Shown: piece after piece, positions 7,987-16,842 of the stretch
Position numbering within the stretch: position 1 is the first letter of the stretch
How the letters are laid out: each line of letters begins with the position of its first letter
Sequence record: MW272540.1
DNA length: 64,000 nucleotides
Direction: 5' to 3' (one strand)
Made by a program: the position numbers and the translations under genes
The notes under the pieces: generated by a model
Database searches by the model: none
Told to the model about the DNA's origin: nothing
What the model saw: the letters and a program-made list of their open reading frames with translations, nothing else

Positions 7987-8619
7987 CTATTTTTTATAAA
8001 TTTGAAAACTTGGTTGGCGACATTCGCTTTCTTCGTCTCGGGTTTCGTTAGAGATAATGATTGAGACTACACCGTCCCTAGGGTAACCTTTAAAAGCCTT
8101 TACCCGCCCATGACAAAGCTCGCTACCAGACCCATATCTGGTATTGATGTACAACACAAGATCCCCGATTTCTATAGAACGACCGTCGATGTCTTTTGCA
8201 GAGAGTTCCATCGATTCACGTTCTTTCTTAGGGTCATACCGAACTAGAACTTCTTCAATTTTTTCACCTTCATCCGGTATAATAACATAACAGGATTTTG
8301 ACATTAAAGTAAATTTAGGATTATTTTTCTTACCTACCCATTTTAGACGACCATTAACGTAATATTTTGAATTATATGACGTTTCTCTAGAATATGTCCT
8401 CCAATATAGAGTTTTGTGATTATCAAATTCCCCATCAGCTGGTATGAATTTTGCAACACTACCCGTATAATCCCCACTAGTTACATAAATGTAACAATAT
8501 CCATGTTGTTTTATGTGTTCAACAACCCTGACCATGTTTATATATTCTTCACTTTCCAAAAGTGATGACTCTTTTCCTAAAAATGAACCATATACTCCAA
8601 ACTTCGTTATCTTTTCCAT
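7987..8619 (-). CDS. hypothetical protein
   Basis: 210-aa ORF, coupled to the upstream stop. Confidence 0.75.
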   Translation of the reverse strand: MEKITKFGVYGSFLGKESSLLESEEYINMVRVVEHIKQHGYCYIYVTSGDYTGSVAKFIPADGEFDNHKTLYWRTYSRETSYNSKYYVNGRLKWVGKKNNPKFTLMSKSCYVIIPDEGEKIEEVLVRYDPKKERESMELSAKDIDGRSIEIGDLVLYINTRYGSGSELCHGRVKAFKGYPRDGVVSIIISNETRDEESECRQPSFQIYKK

Positions 8620-8954
8620 TACATAGTTACCTTTTCGATTACATCGAAAAATTCAGCATCGTTTGGAATCACCAATGAAATTTCGGGTTCTTCTGTATCA
8701 AAACATTGATATACCGGGTCGAAATAAAAGTCCCAGATCTGATCTGTTGGTCCAAAAAAGAGGGTATATGGATCTTTCTCTTTTTGTGTGTTGCTACTGA
8801 AAGTGATTGTGATATTACACTTTTCGTAGTCTGTGTTTTTGATATCATTCATAACTTCAGTATAATAATCAATCGCATTGTATATAGATTGGATATGATC
8901 CAGTTTGTGTTGTTCAGATTTATATTTCAGAACTAACTTATGACGTCGCATCAT
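8619..8954 (-). CDS. hypothetical protein
   Basis: 111-aa ORF, ATGA overlap. Confidence 0.7.
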   Translation of the reverse strand: MMRRHKLVLKYKSEQHKLDHIQSIYNAIDYYTEVMNDIKNTDYEKCNITITFSSNTQKEKDPYTLFFGPTDQIWDFYFDPVYQCFDTEEPEISLVIPNDAEFFDVIEKVTM

Positions 8955-9226
8955 TTTTTAAATCCCAATTCTTTTATGTATTGATCCTTGACGTATTTGT
9001 CGAGGGTTTCATGATCGATACCATGCATAAATTGCTCTAATGATCCTGTAGAAAATATAACAAGATTATCAATAAAATGCAATGTATCTTGGAAATTCTT
9101 GTAAAGTTGACCTTTCGCCAAGCTTACAATGAATTTTGATAAATTTTCTATATCCGGTTCCATGTTGTGGATATAAATTTGCACAACCCTTCGGGATTGT
9201 GCTTTGTTTAATCGAAAATCACTCAT
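8951..9226 (-). CDS. hypothetical protein
   Basis: 91-aa ORF with overlapping junctions. Confidence 0.65.
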   Translation of the reverse strand: MSDFRLNKAQSRRVVQIYIHNMEPDIENLSKFIVSLAKGQLYKNFQDTLHFIDNLVIFSTGSLEQFMHGIDHETLDKYVKDQYIKELGFKK

Positions 9227-9458
9227 TTGGAATATATCCGAGTTCGTCTAGCATTTTACATGCACTATATATTGTTAGCATATAAAATGCAACTTCAACC
9301 GGGATACCATGAACAGTTGTTTTATAAACAACGTCTTTTAGCATACCGGGAAGATTGTTATCATAGATATCTTTTAGCGGGTCTTCCAAATGTCTGACTT
9401 GTGGATTAGCAGCCTTATATACGATATTTGTGATGTTCGCAACTTCAGTCCATTTCAT
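9219..9458 (-). CDS. hypothetical protein
   Basis: 79-aa ORF, operon packing. Confidence 0.65.
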   Translation of the reverse strand: MKWTEVANITNIVYKAANPQVRHLEDPLKDIYDNNLPGMLKDVVYKTTVHGIPVEVAFYMLTIYSACKMLDELGYIPNE

Positions 9459-9629
9459 TTAAATCATCTCCAAATCTGCATCATGATGGATCTCTACGGG
9501 TTTATCGCAAAAATCACAAGTCGTCTTTCTTCCTCGTGGGTCCACAAACCAACCGTCAATTTCTTTTTTGCAATGTGGGCATACCACATAAATACCAGAT
9601 AATCTTACACCAACTTCAGTTACTTTCAT
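9459..9629 (-). CDS. small zinc-ribbon protein (56 aa)
   Basis: Manual translation MKVTEVGVRLSGIYVVCPHCKKEIDGWFVDPRGRKTTCDFCDKPVEIHHDADLEMI; exactly fills the gap between neighbours. Confidence 0.7.
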   Translation of the reverse strand: MKVTEVGVRLSGIYVVCPHCKKEIDGWFVDPRGRKTTCDFCDKPVEIHHDADLEMI

Positions 9630-9910
9630 TTTGTAAATCCAAATTTAGCTATTTCATTAACCAGTCTATTGTGAAATTCTTTAAAATTAACAGAATCTCC
9701 ATACGTAGGCCACTCACATTCTAAGAAAAATCTAGCCAACACGTTTAGTGTTTCTTCCCGTTCAATTGTATCCATTCCCCACTTTTCAATACCATCCAAT
9801 AGATCAAAATTTTTCCGATAGATTATTTCAACCTTATCAACCGGAATAGATATACCCGCATATTTCTGTAAAGTATCAGAAATTTTTTGATAAATTTTCA
9901 TTTTATACAA
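9626..9910 (-). CDS. hypothetical protein
   Basis: 94-aa ORF with overlapping junctions. Confidence 0.65.
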   Translation of the reverse strand: MYKMKIYQKISDTLQKYAGISIPVDKVEIIYRKNFDLLDGIEKWGMDTIEREETLNVLARFFLECEWPTYGDSVNFKEFHNRLVNEIAKFGFTK

Positions 9911-10484
9911 ACCCCTTTAATGTTTCAACCATAGCATACCCATGCCAAGTTACTTCTGCAAGCTCTTTTTCATACTTTTTGATATTTTCTTTGGTAAACC
10001 AATACTCGTTTCTGTCCTTCTCTAACACGTTCACCCCGACATTTTCAAGCCGTTCAAAATAGGTTTTACAACAGAATGGAATGAACCCACGTTTCAACCA
10101 CACAACCCGACCATCCATAATCGCAGAAGTGAAAACTTTTTTAATTCTCAGTTCTTCACAAATTGCAACAGAACAGGCTAACATCTCGTTAACCAATCCT
10201 TTACCTTTAAACTCATCACTGAGTACAAAGGTATCATGTTCATAATACCCAGTATGAAGGTTGATACAACGGATCATACTGAGTTTACCAACACAGGACA
10301 AAGAAAATTCGTAGCTAGATCCTTCCTCTTTAGTGACAAGAAGTTCCATACGATGGCCCATCTCTGTACCAGAAATTTCTATGGCTTTTGCCGCGAATTT
10401 CATAAAATGCTTGACAATTATGTTAACCATCTTGCATGGAACAAAGCCGTTTTCGTCATCATAGTTTTCGTATGCAACTTTCAT
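9903..10484 (-). CDS. probable GNAT-family acetyltransferase
   Basis: FVLSDEFKGKGLVNEML resembles GNAT motif A; KVFTSAIMDGRVVWLKRGF resembles motif B. Confidence 0.6.
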   Translation of the reverse strand: MKVAYENYDDENGFVPCKMVNIIVKHFMKFAAKAIEISGTEMGHRMELLVTKEEGSSYEFSLSCVGKLSMIRCINLHTGYYEHDTFVLSDEFKGKGLVNEMLACSVAICEELRIKKVFTSAIMDGRVVWLKRGFIPFCCKTYFERLENVGVNVLEKDRNEYWFTKENIKKYEKELAEVTWHGYAMVETLKGFV

Positions 10485-10538
10485 CGTACTACCTCGGAAA
10501 AGTTTATATCCATAATTCTACACGACTTGTTTTGAAAG

Positions 10539-10829
10539 TCAACTATAATCGAACAAAAATTCTTTTACTTCGTCAGGTTTGAAAACCAAATCACCTTCAG
10601 TTTGAAAATACCAGTTGTTTGCATGACCTTGTTCCCAGTTCAAGGTAACAAGAAACACATCTTTATAACATGGTGCAGAACCCGATTCTTTGGTTCGGAT
10701 CACCAATTGTGCGTCGTATTCCATGTAAATGGATTCACACATGTATTCTCGAAAAGGTTTCCATCCCAGAGAATCGTAATATTCGTTCATATCCATGGTC
10801 ATTCCTCTTCTTCTGTACAGTATTCGCAT
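10539..10829 (-). CDS. hypothetical protein
   Basis: ORF; the true start is probably MTMDM near 10802. Confidence 0.6.
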   Translation of the reverse strand: MRILYRRRGMTMDMNEYYDSLGWKPFREYMCESIYMEYDAQLVIRTKESGSAPCYKDVFLVTLNWEQGHANNWYFQTEGDLVFKPDEVKEFLFDYS

Positions 10830-10912
10830 ACATCATCGATACCCCCATCAAGGGCACCACCACATTCTGGACAAAAACACACTGGTTGATAAATGATATC
10901 GATGATTTCCAT
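10799..10912 (-). CDS. small zinc-finger protein (37 aa)
   Basis: Manual translation MEIIDIIYQPVCFCPECGGALDGGIDDVCEYCTEEEE; GAGG SD. Confidence 0.6.
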   Translation of the reverse strand: MEIIDIIYQPVCFCPECGGALDGGIDDVCEYCTEEEE

Positions 10913-10914
10913 AA

Positions 10915-11211
10915 TTATTTCCTCATTGACATAATTAGTTCGATTATCACTCGTTCACCGTCAGCTTGCTTGATCAGATTATCCGCTTGCCAACGATAAC
11001 TTGATTCCGTATCTACACAACGAGAATACACTTTAGAAAGCCATTGGTCAATACCTTTCTTGTAAGTTTTTTCGTAGTCGTTACATTGACCTAGTTCTAT
11101 GAAATTTCCATCAATTTCTGTGACCAAGTGGTATCGTCCACAATAGACCACTGAGAAGCACCCGAGTTGGTCTATTGGTTTTGAGTGGTCCATATGCTGA
11201 TAAATCTTCAT
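10915..11211 (-). CDS. hypothetical protein
   Basis: 98-aa ORF, ATGA overlap. Confidence 0.65.
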   Translation of the reverse strand: MKIYQHMDHSKPIDQLGCFSVVYCGRYHLVTEIDGNFIELGQCNDYEKTYKKGIDQWLSKVYSRCVDTESSYRWQADNLIKQADGERVIIELIMSMRK

Positions 11212-11507
11212 TCTTCGATAACCTCACAACACACGCGACCCTCGTTGATATCTTCTGGTATAAAAAGGTTCATTCCAGCACCGTAATATTTCCCATTAAA
11301 TTTTGTCCTTATCATCCCATCGGAATATGAATAGGTTTCAAGTTTTTTATCCGACTCGAAATCGTATTTCACACCAACACGGATATCTTGAAGGTAAGGA
11401 ATGATAATTTTACATGATTCCAATTCTTCCTCATCAATAAACCGAATCATTTCTGCTTTTTGTTCTTCTGATGCAAACCAGATTTTATAACTAAACATAT
11501 CTACCAT
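11208..11507 (-). CDS. hypothetical protein
   Basis: 99-aa ORF with AAGGA SD. Confidence 0.65.
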   Translation of the reverse strand: MVDMFSYKIWFASEEQKAEMIRFIDEEELESCKIIIPYLQDIRVGVKYDFESDKKLETYSYSDGMIRTKFNGKYYGAGMNLFIPEDINEGRVCCEVIEE

Positions 11508-11524
11508 ATTAATTCCTTAAAACG

Positions 11525-11548
11525 AAAAGGGAACCCCGAAGGATTCCC
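11525..11548 (-). terminator. Rho-independent terminator (UUCG loop)
   Basis: GGGAATCC-TTCG-GGGTTCCC-TTTT. Confidence 0.85.
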
Positions 11549-11557
11549 GTAACTTCA

Positions 11558-12514
11558 TTATACTTCTCTAGCATTAGTCAATAGGTTTTGTGACTTTTGA
11601 CGAGAGATTTGGTTTTTACGACCACGCCAATGTTTACCACAATCTGTACATTTGTACTGTTTGAATTTACTGACTTCAGTATATGCAAATCCAGCATCTT
11701 CAAATTCATGACTACCACAAGTACATGTGAATTTATCCGAATCTGTATACAGGGAGAAATTCGGGAGACGGTCAGACCAAGGAGCCAATTTAATATACAG
11801 CTCTTGAAGGGAAACAATATCATCAATATTGTAATCTTTCATTTCATCCCATGCTTCAATATTCCCAGCCATACATTCCTTCCAAAGCTCGAAACCGGGG
11901 AATTTATTATGTTTCGATTTTTTGGTTTCTGTGCATAGTTGGTCTGTCATATATTCAAGCTTACGAGATGTAAACCCAAATGTGCGTTTTGCGATCTCCA
12001 TCGTATCGATGTGTCTGATACCAGAGAATGGTTTCATACCATGGATAATCATACGAGCGCGAATTTTTGGTACGTCGAACCGACGACCGTTTTGATGGAT
12101 AACAATATCGGCTTCGTCAAGAAGTTCCCAAAGAACTTTAAGCATATTGGAATCATCGGTAATATCGTTTTCAGCTCTCTGATCCATATAAATGATATCT
12201 TCACTATCAAACCATTTTGCAGCAAAACTAAGCAAATGCCAATCTTGTTGAATTTGATTCAGACCTACGTTTTCTTTGAAAAGTCGCCATACGTTTGCGA
12301 GAATTGGTGCAGTTTCAATATCAAGAAGCAATACACGAGGACCCGTTTTGAGGTCGTCGATAATATCGTTTTCCTTCATATATCGTTCATAGTAATAATT
12401 TACAGAAGATTTAGAGATACCTAGAGCCTTGGCAATAGACCGTGATCCCATCTTCTTATTTTCCTTCATGTCAACAATTTGACCAATCAGGCTGTTATAA
12501 TTCTTAACGGACAT
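11558..12514 (-). CDS. RNase H-fold DEDD 3'-5' exonuclease with N-terminal HTH and C-terminal zinc ribbon
   Basis: LDIET, NGRRFD, HIDT and YNIDD motifs; SRSIAKALGISKSSV HTH; CTCGS...CTDCG. Confidence 0.8.
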   Translation of the reverse strand: MSVKNYNSLIGQIVDMKENKKMGSRSIAKALGISKSSVNYYYERYMKENDIIDDLKTGPRVLLLDIETAPILANVWRLFKENVGLNQIQQDWHLLSFAAKWFDSEDIIYMDQRAENDITDDSNMLKVLWELLDEADIVIHQNGRRFDVPKIRARMIIHGMKPFSGIRHIDTMEIAKRTFGFTSRKLEYMTDQLCTETKKSKHNKFPGFELWKECMAGNIEAWDEMKDYNIDDIVSLQELYIKLAPWSDRLPNFSLYTDSDKFTCTCGSHEFEDAGFAYTEVSKFKQYKCTDCGKHWRGRKNQISRQKSQNLLTNAREV

Positions 12515-12623
12515 TCTTTATACCTTTCTTTTTGAATATGTATCATTATAACATAATGTCCTCATGTTCTGTATAATATAAAGGGGTTGAATACTCAACC
12601 CCACATCTCATTTACAACTATAT

Positions 12624-13868
12624 TTACCAGCAATTCCTTTGGTTAAACTCATGGCTGACATCTTCAATAACTTCGTATTTCCAAGTACGAAGTTTGGCAT
12701 GGTCATATCCATGAGGAATAGCAACTACGTGTTCAGGATTAACCTTACACAGAATAACCCGGTCATGTGGGCAATGGGAGTAATTCGGGATATAACTCTT
12801 AGCTGCCACATGGTAACCACTGGAACACTCATTATTTCGGTCTGGGTCTACTTCAAAAGGTAACATTTCTGGAACCGAACCGATTGAGTTATCTACACTC
12901 TTTGTATAGATATCCAAATAATCGTTGGTAACCCGCTTGTATGCAAGGAAGTGCCCGTCTTCGGTGATCTTGATGTCGTTATGCTTCAGGAAGTCGAAAA
13001 GCTCATATACGGCTTCACGGCGAGGATTACGAACAAGGTTCTTCAGGAATTCAACCAAAGTAGAAACATCTTGACCGGCTTTCCAAGACTCTATAATTCT
13101 ACGGGTCATATTGGTGTCCAGAACAACATCTTTATATGTCAGGATGTTACCCTCGATCTTGATATCCCCATTTACATAGTTTTCAATTGCTCGTTTGACG
13201 GAAATTAAACCAACCGCTTTTTCTACATCATTTTCATAAATCAGAACATTCCGAGCTTCTTCGAATTTAGGATGGCTAGAATCTGCTGTATAAGCTTCCC
13301 CATCGACATAGCAGTTAATGAACGAATGACCACAGTTCCAAGAACTCACGACTTCTTTTTTCGGTGGTTCAACTACAATTTCAATTTCGACATATTCGGT
13401 CGGAGTTTCTTTCACAAGAACAGAAGCAACCGCCTTTTCGTGTTTTTTCTGGATACCCTTATGACGTCGAACTACATCACCAACCGTGGAACGGGGAATA
13501 CCGGTTTGTCGAGAAATCTCATTTTGACTAAGACCGGATTCGTGGAGACGAATGATTTTTTGATCTCGGGTTTCTTCAACCGGTTTATTTTCAGCGAAAT
13601 CAAAATTTGCCGCATAGAAAATATCAATAAGTTTAGCCGGGGTTATTTCTAGAAGTTCATCAGAAACAGATTGGAACAGCTTTATATCTGGAATATCGAA
13701 ATCAAATTCCTCTTCTAGGATCATAACCAGTTCGATCACATCAAGTTCATCCAAACCAAGATCACCAAATGTGTCTGTAGGTTGAATAACATCTCGTTTT
13801 GTGAATCCAAATTCTTCAATCAATGCTTTATGAAACACTTCTGAAATATTTTCTTTCGTAATAATCAT
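12624..13868 (-). CDS. rIIB: rIIB protein with N-terminal acyl-carrier-protein-like domain
   Basis: The C-terminal ~310 aa carry the rIIB HTH and LFDFLKHNDIKITEDGHFLAYK, CSSGYHV and KLRTWKYEV motifs. The N-terminus DLGLDELDVIELVMILEEEFDFDIPD is ACP-like. Start MIITK follows GAGG. Confidence 0.92.
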   Translation of the reverse strand: MIITKENISEVFHKALIEEFGFTKRDVIQPTDTFGDLGLDELDVIELVMILEEEFDFDIPDIKLFQSVSDELLEITPAKLIDIFYAANFDFAENKPVEETRDQKIIRLHESGLSQNEISRQTGIPRSTVGDVVRRHKGIQKKHEKAVASVLVKETPTEYVEIEIVVEPPKKEVVSSWNCGHSFINCYVDGEAYTADSSHPKFEEARNVLIYENDVEKAVGLISVKRAIENYVNGDIKIEGNILTYKDVVLDTNMTRRIIESWKAGQDVSTLVEFLKNLVRNPRREAVYELFDFLKHNDIKITEDGHFLAYKRVTNDYLDIYTKSVDNSIGSVPEMLPFEVDPDRNNECSSGYHVAAKSYIPNYSHCPHDRVILCKVNPEHVVAIPHGYDHAKLRTWKYEVIEDVSHEFNQRNCW

Positions 13869-13876
13869 TTTAATCC

Positions 13877-16159
13877 TCATTTGGATTGGGGGAAATCATC
13901 CCCCAACACATTTTTGTTAATTTCATCTTTCAGAACACCATCAATTGTAATATAGCTGAAATTTCTAGTTTTAGTAGTCATTAGAGTATATGCCATAATG
14001 TGGTCTTTCTTAAGTTTTTCTGTGAAATCTGTAATTTTTTGGGTTTGTTCCAACTTGACCTCAGAAACAATATTCCCATATTTTCCCATGTAGTCAGCAG
14101 GTAGGATAGTCTCACAATATCTAAACAGGCGGTCAAGGTAACCATCCCAATCTTTTTTAAGACTCAGTTTGAAATGGCTAATAATCTCTTCTGTATAATT
14201 ATGTAGTGTTAAGTCATTAATGAAATAACCTACTTTATCTTTCGAGAATTGTTTTTCCAATTCACTTTGCATGATTTTGGAAATATCAGATTTATCCAAT
14301 CTCTTCAGATTTTTATTCTTTTCGGCTTGTTTAGTATGTACCTTATTGAGTTTGAAAACATTCTCTTTAAGGATATCACTAACCATTGCCAAAATGTAAT
14401 CTTCTACTTGAAGATTCATTTGTGTTTCGTCTGAGTCAACAACGTGTCCGTGGATCATACCCACATAATATCCAGAAAGGTCCTTGATGTCTTTTGAAAC
14501 ACAATAAATCTCTTGGATCCCGGTGTTTGGAGAATGGTATTTTACGTTGGGTTTACCTGCTCGGCTTTCTACTGGATTGTTTTTTCGCCATTCTTTTCGC
14601 CGTTCTGATTGAAGTTCCTTTTCGCGAGCAATGATATCCGGTCCATACTTTTCCCAAACCTTATTTGCATCAACAACTTCGATGTCATCTTTGTGATATC
14701 GTTTTGCGATCTCAACAAAGACGTCTTTAACGATTTTGGAAATCCTCTTATTATAATGGTTAGTATTGAAAACAATCATAGAGCCATTATTAATGTAACC
14801 TTCTTCGTGAAGCTTCTTAAGCTTTTTTCTGTACCCACGTTCATCGGTATCAATTAATACCATCGCAGCATTCAAACGGAATTGGTTATATCTCGGGTCA
14901 ACAAAAGAATCCACCACATAAGTATAAGCATCCGAAGAATACCGACTTGTATGATAAGAACGTTTTCGGTTGTAGATCCTACCGTTGGTTGTCCCCATTC
15001 CTGATGTGCGATAGGTAGTGATATCTTTATTTTTTGGATCATCCTTAACAAGGGAAATATACCTCAACCAAGGACTCGAAAGTTCAAAGGAATTATAGAA
15101 CTTTTCCCAATCCCTCAACGATTTACCGTTGTGGAAAATATCATTACAGATTTTGCTGAAAATAGAATTACCCTGCTCAAGTTTTTTGATTGCATTAATC
15201 TTAGCTCTTGCGTCTTTTTGACCTTCAATCGCTTGATCTACCATCTTAATAACTTGGTCGTTATACGTCTGGAAATACGACTTCAAGGTTTCCATAGTAT
15301 GTTTATCTAGGCTCAACTCTTCCCGGTTTGGAAGCATATTAACGGAACCCATCGGAAAATCTATGAATCGTTTCGCATTAGCCGGGAAAAATATTTCCGC
15401 CAGTGTATTTTCGAATACGTCTCGTGGGATCTCATAAGGAACACCACCCATCACCGCATACACACCAGATTTGTATAGTTCTGGTGAAGAACAATCGTTA
15501 TTCTCCCAATCTTTATAATTCAAAAGATCGATAGACATCCCTTTATATTTCGGGTAATAACCGTTCTTATCAAATGTGAAGTACACATACTGACTTTCTT
15601 TGATGAAGGTTGGAATATCATCTTCTTTAACCGGAATGACGATTTCAACGCCTGTAGGCTCGTCTGAGGGGCCTTCGAACACAGGAACACAGTTTGGTTC
15701 ACCGTCGTTCATATAAATGCTATAAACGGTTTTGGTGCCGTTAAAATAGGACGTTACGGTAAAGTTTGTAGTGTAGCAAAACGGACTTTTCGAACCTAGA
15801 CCAAATGCCCCGATAAAATCGTCTGATTGGTCTTTAGACGAAGCAAAATAAGTTGCGAAAAGTCGAAAAATATTTTCTTTATCAAGACCAATCCCGTAAT
15901 CTCGAAGTTTCCATTGGAGATCCAGAATAGAAGGGAGAGTAACATCAAAATATTTTGGTGGACTGCCGCCTGCTAGTTCCAAGGCTTTATGACCATCGAT
16001 AGCGTTACAGCTCAACTCACGAATAAAAGCACGGATCTTATACTTATACAACCCAGAAGAAAGAATTGTATAAGCTTTCTTGTTAAATTCCATCCCATAG
16101 GTACGCCCTTCTTCCGTAGTCGAGCTATGGACCGGGGAGTGATGTTCAACCATTTTCAT
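13877..16159 (-). CDS. rIIA: rIIA protein
   Basis: GHKL ATPase motifs IRELSCNAIDG, DYGIGL, ASSK, IGAFGLGSKS; PNREEL; adjacent to rIIB. Confidence 0.95.
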   Translation of the reverse strand: MKMVEHHSPVHSSTTEEGRTYGMEFNKKAYTILSSGLYKYKIRAFIRELSCNAIDGHKALELAGGSPPKYFDVTLPSILDLQWKLRDYGIGLDKENIFRLFATYFASSKDQSDDFIGAFGLGSKSPFCYTTNFTVTSYFNGTKTVYSIYMNDGEPNCVPVFEGPSDEPTGVEIVIPVKEDDIPTFIKESQYVYFTFDKNGYYPKYKGMSIDLLNYKDWENNDCSSPELYKSGVYAVMGGVPYEIPRDVFENTLAEIFFPANAKRFIDFPMGSVNMLPNREELSLDKHTMETLKSYFQTYNDQVIKMVDQAIEGQKDARAKINAIKKLEQGNSIFSKICNDIFHNGKSLRDWEKFYNSFELSSPWLRYISLVKDDPKNKDITTYRTSGMGTTNGRIYNRKRSYHTSRYSSDAYTYVVDSFVDPRYNQFRLNAAMVLIDTDERGYRKKLKKLHEEGYINNGSMIVFNTNHYNKRISKIVKDVFVEIAKRYHKDDIEVVDANKVWEKYGPDIIAREKELQSERRKEWRKNNPVESRAGKPNVKYHSPNTGIQEIYCVSKDIKDLSGYYVGMIHGHVVDSDETQMNLQVEDYILAMVSDILKENVFKLNKVHTKQAEKNKNLKRLDKSDISKIMQSELEKQFSKDKVGYFINDLTLHNYTEEIISHFKLSLKKDWDGYLDRLFRYCETILPADYMGKYGNIVSEVKLEQTQKITDFTEKLKKDHIMAYTLMTTKTRNFSYITIDGVLKDEINKNVLGDDFPQSK

Positions 16160-16183
16160 TATTACAAATTCCTCATAAATTTA

Positions 16184-16456
16184 TTAGACAACAGACAAAA
16201 ATTGCTCAACTTCATCAGCAGAGAAGTGATAGATAAGACCATCGATTTCTTGTGGTTCACCATCGATAGAAATAACAAATTCGGTTCCAGTATCCCAAAT
16301 ATCCGCACTTACCAAATAAAAAGTATCAATACCTTCTTTATCTAGAAAATCCACGACTTTTTTATTTCCCAAATCACCAGATTCTAGAATTTCACCATAA
16401 TTGATGAATTCTTGCTTATGATTTTCGCTTTTGAATCGAAACCGCATATTATGCAT
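16184..16456 (-). CDS. hypothetical protein
   Basis: 90-aa ORF with GGAG SD. Confidence 0.65.
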   Translation of the reverse strand: MHNMRFRFKSENHKQEFINYGEILESGDLGNKKVVDFLDKEGIDTFYLVSADIWDTGTEFVISIDGEPQEIDGLIYHFSADEVEQFLSVV

Positions 16457-16457
16457 T

Positions 16458-16790
16458 TTATTTCTCCATTTCGTGGTCTAGATAAAGGTCTAGCCATTCA
16501 TTAGCCAGATCGTCAAGGTTTGGATTATCATAACCTAAAATCAATTTCCAATCAACCGTTTTTTGGTTTATAGATTTTTCATTTTTGATTGCTTCGTGTA
16601 GCTTCGTAATCTCGATTAGAACTTCATCAATCTGTTCAATATCGTTTTCTTCACAAAACGTCTTCCATTCTTGGATTTGAAGCCCATACCAAGAGTATAG
16701 CTTATCACGAATAAACCAAACTGGTTTCTTTTTTCCGATGGATACAGTGTGGCTCACTTTTTTTGATAAGTCAGATAGATTAGATCTCAT
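16458..16790 (-). CDS. hypothetical protein
   Basis: Start moved to MRSNL (16790) to avoid overlapping the topoisomerase gene. Confidence 0.65.
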   Translation of the reverse strand: MRSNLSDLSKKVSHTVSIGKKKPVWFIRDKLYSWYGLQIQEWKTFCEENDIEQIDEVLIEITKLHEAIKNEKSINQKTVDWKLILGYDNPNLDDLANEWLDLYLDHEMEK

Positions 16791-16842
16791 ATTTTCACCA
16801 TTATACGATATTGGGGTTAACAATGTCAACCCCTTCAATATA

